This document shows, in pieces, positions 13,190 to 24,914 of a stretch of 64,000 nt of DNA; the first letter of the stretch is position 1; every line of letters starts with the position of its first letter. The stretch covers positions 47,182,001 through 47,246,000 of the forward strand of contig NW_026262581.1 in assembly GCF_021869535.1 (NCBI RefSeq). The letters are read 5' to 3'. The position numbers and the translations under genes are program-made. The notes below the pieces were generated by a model, which had not been told where the DNA came from, made no database searches, and saw only the letters and a list, made by a program, of their open reading frames with translations. This DNA is from Mytilus californianus. Its lineage: Eukaryota.

Positions 13190-14010
13190 GAAGAAGAGAA
13201 AGAAGTTAGCAATATCTTTTAATTTCACTTTCCGCTATATAGATGATGTTCTCTCACTAAATAATTCAAAATTTAGTGAGTGGCTATGTTGAACGCATCT
13301 ATCCCTTCGAACTTGAGATAAGGATACAACATATATAGTTAAGTCCGACACCTATCTTGACTTAATCTAGAAATTGACAATAAGGGTCGGTTGAAAACAA
13401 AACTGAATGACAAAGGAGATGATTTCAGCTTCCCAATTGTGAACTTTCCATTTCGATGTAGCAACATTCCAGCAGTGCATACGGAGTATATATATATACC
13501 AGTTGATACGATATTCCAGGGTTTGTATTTCCTATCATGATTTTCTTGATAGATAGTTGATGCTCACAAAGAAGCTATTAAAGCAAGAGTTCGAAGTGGT
13601 GAAATCATCCCTTTGTAAATTTTACGGACGCCATCACCAGTTGGTTGACAGTTATGGAATATCTCTTTCACAGATGACGACAGTTATGTTCTAAACGCAA
13701 CTATCCCGTCCCTCTTCTCTTCGAATGTGACCTACCGATTTAGACTTATTACCTGGTTAGTATTTACATGAGCAATACGACTGGTGACACATGTAGAGCA
13801 GCATCTGTTTACCCTTCTTGAGCAACTGAGATCACATCAGCATTTGAAGGGTTCGTTTTCCTCAGTCTATAGTTTTTTTATGTTATGTTATGTTATGTTT
13901 TGTATACTGGTTTTTGTCTGTTGGTCTTTTTCGTTTTAGCCACGAGGTTGTAAGTTTATTTTTTGACCTATGATTTGGAATGTCTCTTTGGTATCTTTCG
14001 CCTTTTTCTT
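13190..14010 (+). mobile_element. Frameshifted Naiad-type RT C-terminal fragment plus 3' tail (family D), not in the ORF track
   Basis: Reading across frameshifts gives KLAISFNFTFRYIDDVLSLNNSKF, IYPFELEI, DDFSFPIVNFPF, AYGVYI and FYGRHHQLVDSYGIS. Its tail occurs inverted at 18015-18175 and 19235-19395. Confidence 0.85.
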
Positions 14011-14139
14011 GAAATTTTTGAAACATAAAAAAAATATATATATATAATTTTCACCGAAAGAATACGGATTGCATGTGTTAACAATTCCAAACCACACATT
14101 AAACATTATCACTTGGAAACTATGTAAAAAGGCGAACAA

Positions 14140-14237
14140 ACTTCACATTTCCATTTCATGTCTTGTCCTTTGCAGAAATAGCATGAAACTGGAACTTGTG
14201 CGTTTCTAATACTTATGGATTTCATTTCTTTTGCCAT
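14140..14237 (-). pseudogene. 5' fragment of the B-box + NHL-like gene (copy 1)
   Basis: MAKEMKSISIRNAQVPVSCYFCKGQDMKWKCEVC matches the N-termini of the other three copies; homology stops inside the B-box, next to the retroelement tail. Confidence 0.85.
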
Positions 14238-15077
14238 TTTTTCTGTTAACAAAACAACAACACAGCAAAGCGTCATGTGTATTACTTCTGTGCTTTTGTT
14301 AGTAAGTAAACAGTGACAAGGTTTAACACTTAAAACTAACATGTACTGGTATACAATATAAAGTTCTATCTTTCAATGTCCTAAATATAAAGAATGACTC
14401 TTTTGTTCATTTAAACCTATTTTATTTGCTATAATATATAACAAAAAGGATCAACCACTAGATATCACAACTTAAATAGTCTTGTCCTAAATATATGAGT
14501 TATAATCTATGAATATAAAACTAAATTCATCATTTCTATGTTTATCCAAGTCTAAAGAGTAGTGCAAGAAAATGAGAAAAGACATAAATGAATAAGTTGT
14601 TATGATCAAAACGTTGACCAGAAAGACAAATATTTTACAAAACAAATGATCTTCGTGAACGTTGATAAATTTTCAAAATAAAAATGTACAGTCTGAGAAT
14701 AAGATTTTGATATTTTTTTCCTGACTGTGTAGCATCGTCAATGTTTTCAATTTAGCCTTAAAATGCAAAGTAAGAATACAAACTTTTATTAGTCCCTCAA
14801 CAGGATTAGAACACAAACTTTTGTGAAATTATCGACAACGAGGCCTTGTACTGTATCCAATACCAAAGCACATTCGGTTATATTGCGTGTACATGTATAA
14901 CCATTTATCTTTTATAAAACTGGACACGGAATAGGACTTTATTTTTGGGGGATGTAACTTATCTGTTTGATTTTAAATTAGTTACACCACATTTCAAAAC
15001 GGCATTAAAAATCCATTATATGTTTATAAAATCTAAAAAAAAAAAAAATTTGTAAGTTTGTTTGCGTATTCTCAATG

Positions 15078-15271
15078 GAAGATTCTATTGTCTTCAGATG
15101 ATTCACTACCATGTCATACCGTGAAAGATTCCATTGTCTTCAGATAATGCACTACCAAGTCATACCGTGAAAGATTCTATTGTTAGAGATGATGCACTAC
15201 CAAGTCATACCTAAACGAGCTATGTAATTCAGATGATGCACAACCAAGGTATACCTAAACGAGCTATGTAA
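15078..15271 (+). repeat. Tandem repeat of a 46-bp unit (3 copies plus about 2 variant units)
   Basis: AAGATT starts at 15079, 15125 and 15171; GATGCACTACCAAGTCATACC core recurs. Confidence 0.85.
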
Positions 15272-17253
15272 TTAATTCCCCCTTTTCAATGGAATAAGCG
15301 GTGCAAATTACTATATGCCAGATTTTTGTCATGTTAGAATTTTTGTTGGAGTTTTTCTGCATTTTCAAAAAGGTCGTCTGGATTTCATGGTGCTGAATTC
15401 AGCCTGACAATGTTTGTGTTGTAGATATAACTGTTAATTCCCTCTTTAACTGGGACTTAAACCTGCGAGTTTTTATGATAGAACTACCTTGTTTTGAGAG
15501 GGCCAACTAAGTCTGTAATCCTACAATACCTATTATAATTTTTGTTTTATTGTAGAAATTGCTACCTTTTTGTGGTAACTACGACTATTAACTAACAAAT
15601 CATAACATACAGTGTGTACTAAATGTCTTTTAAGGATAGAACCATCTCTGATGATCAAAGGAGACTTATCAGATCAAAAAGCCACTAGTCTGCCATAAAT
15701 TGACACGAAGAAGTCGCCATATGGCTTGTAACGGATTAAGACATTTCTATCCTTGTACTGATTCTGATAGTTCTACCCTGATTCTGACAATTCCACCCTT
15801 GAATTGATTCTGGCAGTTCTGCCCTTTAAAAAAAAAGAAAATACCAATAGTAGGATATAAATATAAACGTGTATCATACAAAACCCGTTTTTGATAGAGT
15901 TATGGTAGAGGTTCCATCCCGAGTAAAAACATAATCAAGAGCAGATGAAAGCTACCTTCAACTTTATCTAGATTTGACATATCTAATCAAAAAGATTTTG
16001 AAGAATTTTTGAATAACTTCTTTTTTGGACATTGGTGATGTAGAGATTTACATATTGAGGGCAATAACCTTTGTGTAAAATAAATACTAAATTGCATTAC
16101 AATAATTTAATATTTTGTATATCATTTAAAGTTTGAATATCGAATGCAATACAGAAATACGTGTTCATTTTTACTTTTTCTACTACTTAATACATACATG
16201 TACATGATCCGAGCGCTTATCATGCATCCATTATAACATTACCCGTCAGTATTTTTTCAAGGCCAAAACCTAATACAACCGTAAAGAGATAATTAAACCA
16301 AAATGAACCAAAAGTAAAACCCAACCCGGACAAGGATTCAAAATTTATGCATGAGGGAGATATTGCTTTTTTTTGTCGACATTTCATAATATATACGGAA
16401 CACTTGACATATCATCGGTGTTTTGTTTCGGTTCATGTGAGTCATGCTGTAGCTTCTGTTTAGTGTTCAGTTAACGTCATTGTCTATTTGCCTTCTTTCA
16501 CCATGTCGTTTACTGTGTTCCTTTTATTACTGTTTTCTTCTTTCCCTTTACACCCTTTTATATACATATCATAACTTCTAACATGATTACATGAAAGCGT
16601 CATACGACCAAGACTTACTATAATACTATAATAAGATTGTCACTGTTATGAAAATAAGCTCAATCCCTCAAATGTTATAATCTTTTGATTTGTCATATTC
16701 TTCATTTCCTACACATCATTATCTTTAAGTTCAATGTATGTGTCAAATATGAATTAAACAACAAAGCCTCAAATTTTGTTGACATGGAGTCAACCAGAAA
16801 ATCTTGCTACAGCATTTTTGGAAATATCATAGATTTATAAAACAATTAATTGTCCTTGTCATAATAACGCAAGGGTCTGAAACCATTTTTTTTTAAATTC
16901 CCATTTTACAAACAAAATCTACAATAAATACTTAAAATTAAAACTCTTTAAAGGACGAGGTTATCGTTATCGAGCATGAAATGGAATTCTCCCCAACCAT
17001 TTTATAGCATAGCATTGAACAACTTGAAACCTTGTATGTGTAAAAATTGTTTGCAGACTTTCTGATTTGCTTCTAGATTGATATAAAACTATCTTATGTT
17101 ATTCCGTAATTGATAAAAAAAAAAAACATATTAAAACTCTAAACTAGATATGGACAATGCTCCCTTTTCTGTTCTGCCATATGCATGAGTATAGTTCCAC
17201 ATATTTTAGATTTGACAAACAATAATGTTAGCATACAACTTGAATTTGTTACA

Positions 17254-17628
17254 CTGTCTGTAAGACACAAATGATGCCCCCGCCTGACCAAAAAATTACT
17301 AATTTCAACTACCTGTCATTTTCAGAATATTTGAAAAAAAATTCTGTGGCCATGCACACCTCCATTATGTGTATGAACATCCTACACAATATTAAAGCTG
17401 TACCTCTAAAACTATAGAAGGAGATAGCTAGACAAACCCTGTTCTCTTTATGCAGCTAGTACCCAAAAAATTATTAAGTCCAACTACCTGTCATTTTCAG
17501 AATATTTGAAAAAAATCAAAATCCTGTAGGAGAAGATAGCCGGACAAACACTGTATCCTAATCCGGACTGACGGACGGAAAGGAGAAAATTAATATGCCC
17601 CTCGATATTTTGTCACTGGGGCATAAAA
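17254..17628 (+). mobile_element. Pearl/HINE-like non-autonomous element (Helentron-associated type)
   Basis: Internal 175-bp direct repeat (17306, 17481), GACGGACGGA microsatellite seed, and 3' palindrome ATGCCCC...GGGGCAT. Confidence 0.6.
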
Positions 17629-17666
17629 ATAACTTTTTTTATTTCTTAAATACATGAATAAATTCA

Positions 17667-19955
17667 TGCAGATTATGAAAATGAACACTACAAAAAAAGA
17701 CAATTTCAAGTAGTTTACGTATTTGAAATACTTTTGGTACTAATTACGATTGTAGTAAAAGATGGTATGGTCCGTCTCATTCTTTGTATTGCTTTTTTGT
17801 TGGAGAAAACTTTGAGATTTTCATAAAGTAAAACAATGGACTTTGCAAAATCTTAATGTGGTATTTCATAACAGTAGATTGAGACATTGCATCGCGTGCC
17901 GCAAACACCTACTACACCTATTTGATTAAATGCTCATTAATTATTAGTCTAAACGTGTTTAAATATCCATAAATGTATTTTGAATAATCAGGGTATAGGT
18001 TAATAAAGGAGAAGGACGAAAGATACCAGAGGGACAGTCAAACATATAGATCAAAAACAAATTGACAACGCCATGACCAAAAATAAAAAGACAAACAGAC
18101 AAATAATAATACAGATGACACAACATAGAAAACTAAAGACTAAGCAACACGAACCCCACCAAAAACTGGGGGTTATTAAATTTAATTTGGTTTATAAAGT
18201 TCTGGTGTTTAAAAACCCGTAAATTTAAATTTAATTTCTGAAGAAAAAATACCTGCCTGAATAGTGTTTCTGGAGTTTTTGTTAAATTAACAATGTTTGA
18301 TTTGCATTTAAAATCCCTTTTTTCATTTAGAATCGAGTGTGATTTACGGTATAGATACCTAAAGTCACATGTTGGTGGCTTTGTATCAGGGATTATAAAA
18401 GCTTACATGCACTTTGTTCAAGTTGTCATACTCTGTCATGAATATATGCTCTTAAAGATAGTACGTATACTATTTTTTTCTTTGTGGGCTGTACTTTATG
18501 GTTAATACAAATTAAACTGGATTAATTAACTCTGACACTTATCTGTATTTTTAGGGTAAAAATTGAAGTGGTCAATAAAATCGTGTTTTTAATAACAAAA
18601 TAAGACATTGAAAGATTTCTGCTTGTTTAAGCATTTGTGTTTCGGGATAAGTTGACTATGAAACACAATTTTGATCAGACGATGCAGTACTATGATTTCT
18701 TGTGTCAAGATATTTGGGGTAACTTATATGATATGTATATAAAGTCGCAAACATAAGCTAAGGTCACTCCAGTCTTCTTTTGTCAAGTAATGTCTCTTCG
18801 GTGATGTTTCGATCCCTAACATCACTGAAGAGACATTAATTGTCGAAATCTGAATATGGTGTACAAATAATTGCACCTTTTGTTTGCAGATTATGAAAAT
18901 AAACACTACAAAAATAAGACAATTTCAAGTAGTTTACGTATTTGAAATACTTTTGGTACTAAATACGATTGTAGTAGAAGATGGTATGGTCCGTCTCATT
19001 CTTTGTATTGCTTTTTTGTTGGAGAAAACTTTGAGATTTTCATACAGTAAAACAATGGACGTTGTCAAATCTTAATGTGGTATTTCATAACAGTAGATTG
19101 AGACATTGCATCGCGTGCCGCAAACACCTACTACGCCTATTTGATTAAGTGCTCATTAATTATAAGTCTAAACGTGTTCAAATATCCATATATGTATTTT
19201 GAATAATCAAGGTAAAGGTTAATAAAGAAGAAGGACGAAAGATACCAGAGGGACAGTCAAACTCATAGATCGAAAACAAACTGACAACGCCATGGCCAAA
19301 AATAAAAAGACAAACAGTCAAATAATAATACAGATGACACAACATAGAAAACTAAAGACTAAGCAACACGAACCCCACCAAAAACTGGGGGTTATTAAAT
19401 TTCATTTGGTTTATAAAGTTCTGGAGTTTAAAAACCCGTAAATTTAAATTTAATTTCTGAAGAAAAAATACCTGCCTGAATAGTGTTTCTGGAGTTTTTG
19501 ATAAAGTAACAATGTTTGATTTGCATTTAAAATCCCTTTTTTTATTTAGAATCGAGTGTGATTTACGGTATAGATACCTAAAATAACATGTTGATGGCTT
19601 TGTTTCAGGGATTATAAAAGCTTACATGCACTTTGTTCAAGTTGTCATACTCTGTCATGAATATATGCTCTTAAGGATAGTACGTATAATATTTTTTTCT
19701 TTGTGGGCTGTACTTTATGTTTAAAACAAATTAAACTTGATTAATTAACTCTGACACTTGTCTGTATTTTTTAGGGTATAAATTGACCTGGGTCAAATAA
19801 AATCGTGTTTTTAATAACAATATAAGACATTGAAAGTTTTCTGCTTGTTTAAGCATTTGTGTTTCGGGATAAGTTGACTATGAAACACAATTTTAATCAA
19901 ATGATGCAGTACTATGATTTCTTGTGTCAAGATATTTGGGGAAACTTATATGATA
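17667..19955 (+). repeat. Tandem duplication, period about 1.22 kb (17667-18733 and 18885-19955)
   Basis: Both copies begin TGCAGATTATGAAAAT and end GATATTTGGGG(T/A)AACTTATATGATAT; high identity by eye; separated by a 150-bp spacer. Confidence 0.95.
18819..18862 (+). ncRNA. Minimal type-I hammerhead ribozyme motif
   Basis: ACATCA-CTGAAGA-GACA(TTAAT)TGTC-GAAA-T(CTGA)A-TA-TGGTGT: full catalytic core with stems I and II paired. Confidence 0.7.
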
Positions 19956-22064
19956 TAATAATATTATTATTGTTTGACGTAAATTTTACATTGAGGTTCT
20001 GAAAAAAAGAAATCACCAATTCACCAACATTCCAAATGACTCCATTTTCAGAAAACGACATCTGTAACAAACATAAACTTTTAGCTACCGCTTTACAAGC
20101 AGAACCAAATACAATGAAAGTCCCAACAATGTATTGGCTTTCAAAGCTACACAAAACACCTTACAAATATAGATTTATTTCGTCTTCAAGCCATTGTTCC
20201 ACTACTAAATTGTCTATTCTTCGTACCAGTACACTTGGTACAATCAAAAACCTGATAATAAATTGTTCAAATAAGGCCTTCGAAAATAGTGGAATTAATT
20301 ACTTTTGGAGTGTCAAGAACTCGTTGGAAGTACTTGATAAATTACATGCATATATTGGTGATTTTGAATCTGTTCAAAGTTTTGATTTTTCTACCCTATA
20401 TACCACATTGCCTCACATTCTCATTAAGAAAAAATTCACACACCTAATTAAATGGGCATTTAAAAAGTCAGAATGTGAATATATATGTTCAAACTCTTTT
20501 AGGTCATTTTTAAGTATCAATAAACAAAAAAACTATGTCAATTGGACATGCTTTGATACTATATATGCCCTTGAATTTTTACTAGATAACATTTTTGTTC
20601 GTTGGAGATTCCGTATATCGTTAGGTTATCGGAATTCCAATGGGGACTAACTGTGCACCACTTATTGCGGACCTTTTTTTTTGTATTGCTATGAGTTACA
20701 ATTTATGACAAAAATCAGCAAAGACCCATCGAAACAACATCTGATACACAAATTTAATAATACTTTTAGATATTTGGATGATATTTTGGCTCTCAATAAT
20801 GACGACTTCAGTATGTATACTAAAGAAATTTATCCTGTTGAACTTACTTTAAATAAAGCTAATACTAACAATGACCACTGCCCTTTCCTCGATCTTGATA
20901 TCTATATCATTAATGGAAAGCTTAATACTAAAATATATGATAAAAGAGATGATTTTTATTATTTCCTATCGTTAATTATCCATTTTTAGATGGTGACGTT
21001 CCCTTGTCACCATCTTTCGGTGTTTATATATCTCAACTTGTACGATTTGCTCGTGTTTGTAACAATGTTTTCGATTTTAGCGAGAGAAATTTATGTATTA
21101 CTGAAAAATTATTACACCAGGGTTTTCGATATCACAAACTAGTCAAAACATTTACTAAATGTTATCATCGGTATAAGGACATCATTCGTAAATATAGCTC
21201 AACATGCAGACTTCTTATACGTTCAGGTATTTCACAACCAATTTTTTATGGAAATATTCTTTTTAAAGCTCAAAAATGTCAGTATTCACCTCTGAAGCTA
21301 ACAAAACCTTTAAATAGACTTATTAAGAAGGGATATAGTTACGATACTGTTGTCAAGTCATTAAAGATTGCATATTTTGGCGTTAATATTGATTCACTTA
21401 TAGGGTCTTTGCATCGGCACTAAACACATTTATTTAAAAACCAGTTGTTGGCATGACACGGGTTATGTTCTTCTCATATATGTTATGATGGTATGATACT
21501 AAACCCCTAATGGGAAGGATTGTGCCTGATATTCATATTATGAAGACATAATCTTTCAATCAGTTTAATTGAAGTCTGGAGCTGGCATGTCAGTTAACTG
21601 CTAGTAGTCTGTTGTTATTTATGTATTATTGTCATTTTGTTTATTTTCTTTGGTTACATCTTCTGACATCAGACTCGGACTTCTCTTGAACTGAATTTTA
21701 ATGTGCGTATTGTTATGCGTTTACTTTTTCACATTGGCTAGATGTATAGGGGGAGGGTTGAGATCTCATAAACATGTTTAACCTCGCCGCATTTTTGCGC
21801 CTGTCCCAAGTCAGGAGCCTCTAGCCTTTGTTAGTCTTGTATTATTTTTAATTTTAGTTTCTTGTGTACAATTTGGAGTTTACTATGGCGTTCATTATCA
21901 CTGAACTAGTATATATATTTGTTTAGGGGCCAGATGAAGGACGCCTCCGGGTGCGGGAATTTCTCGCTGCATTGAAGACCTGTTGGTGACCTTCTACTGT
22001 TGTCTGTTCTATGGTTGGGTTGTTGTCTCTTTGACACATTCCCCATTTCCATTCTCAATTTTAT
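19956..22064 (+). mobile_element. 5'-truncated Naiad-type Penelope-like retroelement (family B): frameshifted RT plus 3' UTR
   Basis: ORF pieces 20036-20650, 20681-20989 and 21004-21423 give MYWLSKLHKTPYKYRFI, SFDFSTLYTTLPH, GIPMGTNCAPLIADLF, FRYLDDI, KIYDKRDDF and GVYISQLVRFARVC. No C-terminal GIY-YIG follows the RT, consistent with the N-terminal-endonuclease Naiad clade. Confidence 0.9.
21464..21550 (+). promoter_or_regulatory. Type-2 SECIS element in the retroelement 3' UTR
   Basis: A-TGAT (21485-89), 11-nt arm GGTATGATACT, AAA (21501-03), mini-stem CCC-TAAT-GGG, arm AGGATTGTGCC (10 of 11 pairs including G-U), TGAT (21527-30). Helix I pairs ATATG/CATAT, TCTT/AAGA and TATG/CATA. Confidence 0.8.
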
Positions 22065-22752
22065 TAGCTACGAGATATAGAAAAAATATAATATATGATT
22101 TTTTTTTCTTCAATGATTAATGAAAGGGAAATAGTGAAATAATATATCGTTTTTAACGGCCATTTTGGTTCAATTTTGTCAAAATAAGCAAAGAAACATC
22201 GATGATGAATTGTTCACTTGCAAGTGAATAATTCGAACTCATTGAATCCATATTCATGTGACCTTCACTTTAACCCCTTAGCTGAGCTGGATAACGCATG
22301 AATTAGGCGTGTTCAGTTATTAAAAGGAAACAAATTTCAACATTAAAAGTGAAACAAGGGTAAACCATTTGATTGACTGATTCGATGCACTAAAATCTCA
22401 CTCTTATACAGGTAAAAACGATGATTGATATATATTCTCACCTATGATATGAAACAAACAGACTTAGAAATTCAATCGCAAGAGTTCGCTATATATATTC
22501 ATATCTATATTTATGTTTATATCGGATTATATGACCGTTGGCAGTCTTTGGAGGTCACCGCGATAGTTAATTAGAAGGCGACTACAATAAAATACACATG
22601 AAATGCCGATGCATATTATCGAGCCAATGCATTGTAAATTGTTTATTTTAGACTTTTTAGAATTTGGATATACGTTTTAGTATGTTACAAAATCAAATAT
22701 GAGAATTTGAGTCAAATCGGTGATCATGAATATGACAGATTATGTCCCTTTA
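22065..22752. mobile_element. Probable Kolobok-like MITE, one end clipped by the Naiad
   Basis: Right end GTCCCTTTAA resembles a TTAA-flanked AGG..CCT terminus; the left end abuts the Naiad 3' end. Class is inferred. Confidence 0.4.
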
Positions 22753-24914
22753 ATGAAAAACTAAGTTCTACTTTAGATGGCATATTGGTTGTCGATTGAC
22801 AACGGCCGATCATTGTGATTTTGTATGCGTTCCAAATTTTCTTCTTTTATGACCGCTTTTTGTTCCATAAAGGTTTTAGTTAACAGGGATATGTTTAAAT
22901 GCGTATACAGGTTGCATTTCTGTAAATATAGAGAATGCAATTTCCCAACTGAACATCCCTTTACGGCTAAACTGTGCCACTTTTACTATGAAGTTTCGTG
23001 AAAAATTATATTCTAGAATGTAAAGTTGACATGCACCACTATTTTATTCAAAGGTCAAAACATAGGGCTGTGTGGCATATATTCAACATTTATATGCTCT
23101 GAACTTCTATGAGTTTAAACTTATACATAAATTCTGTACTACCCCTTACTTCACTGTAGGTCTTCCTCAGAATTCAAAATTCGCCGCAACCATGTGTATA
23201 TATACTAGTAACAATCCCAAGTTATATCTCTATGAGATGAAACATATAGATTATACCTTGGAACCAGTACGTAAACGAAACAAAATATCTATGAATATCA
23301 TATAAAAAGAGACGTGGTTTGTGAAACAGATGTATTTACAAAGTGCAACCTACAGTACATGCGCATTGTAAAAGAACAAATGTATTCAGTTAATCTAATA
23401 TGATCGATAGTCATAAACACTGATAATCATTGGCCATATATAAAGAAAATAACAGTATAATGTAATGTAATTCATGATATAACATCCAAAAACAACCACT
23501 CGACAAAAACAAATGCAAAGGGAAAACGTATAGCCAAAAATACTGAACTTCAAGGCAAATTTAAAAAGGGGAAGTCCATAAAAACTGGCCAAATCAAACC
23601 CTATCAACAGAACAAGTGATAAACAAATTGAACTGCTTTTTTATTGCTATTATTCATCTCCAAAACACATGGAGGTCTTATACATGGAACAAAAGGTGAC
23701 ATCTCACCGCAAGTTAAAGGCGGTCCACATCACCATTACAAGCCTTTATATCTATTTTATCTTATTTTGTAGTATTTCGGATTTTTATGAAATTTTGTAT
23801 GCATTAAAAATCTATTGAATTGCATCTGAATATCGAAAAATCCTACATGATGAAATATAATCATTAGATACAATCAAATAAAACATTGTTAATAAATGAT
23901 ATGATGTAAATTTAAAGTATTTTCAAAGATATTTTGTACACGTATTAATTGATTTTATCACTCGAAATGTATCAATGTCTCAAATAGTTGATGTATTTCT
24001 CATGTTTCTAAGACTTTCTATATATCTTAAAGTTAACAAAACTTCATAAAATTTAAAATATGATCCCCCTTTTTTCTGTTCTTAAATACTTCCTGTTTTC
24101 CTTAATTCACTAGTGTGACATTGTATATCAAATCAAATCTAATTGCACCTCTTGACTCCAAACGGATGATAAGAGCTATGTTATTTTGATTCGGCAAAAG
24201 GTCAACACATCTTAAGTATTTCCGCATTTATCATTTGAAAAAAATATTTCTCAAACATAAATAAAAGAATATTAATTTGCTGATGGGTTGGTAAAATAAG
24301 GTGCAAATTAAAAAAATATCATTGAAAAAAACATAGTTAAAAGGAAGAGGTTGAATACAAACAACATTTTATAAGCAAAACTTTTACTTTTCAATAGAGA
24401 TTGAACAACACGAACCCTACTTTAACTCCGGGTAAACTTTGTCGAACCAGAAGCGCACCCTTCATGGGGCTTATGACATGGGAAACCGGATTCGATGAGT
24501 TCATATATAAAGCAAGAAAATATGTATCTAAGGGCTGCGTCAAGTTTAGATAAGGTTTTTATATTGGTACAAATGTATATATTCATTTATTTGATAAAGA
24601 TGTATTTTTCGACAAAACTATTTGTAAACACTGAAAGTCTTCACATATGTTTCAATGATACAATTGATCTTTTTTTTTGAATTAAGTTGTATGAATAAGT
24701 ATGTCTGTATATTGCCATATTTCATTTTATGATAGTTCTAACTTCCTTGAGATAACAACTATAACATTTTCCCTAAATACTGTGTTATTTTCATCATTAT
24801 TAAGTTAAACAGGAAACTTTTGATAGTTTATATATTGTATCATCATGCAATTAAATATCTAATTCTGTGCTGGTTTAACCTGTGTACCGTGAAGAAAAAC
24901 TTTTTTTAGAGAAC

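Noticed and set aside
15330-15520. Possible integrase zinc-finger relic on the minus strand
   Set aside because: Only a KHCQ-like fragment is visible, across frameshifts; no other retroviral motif supports it.
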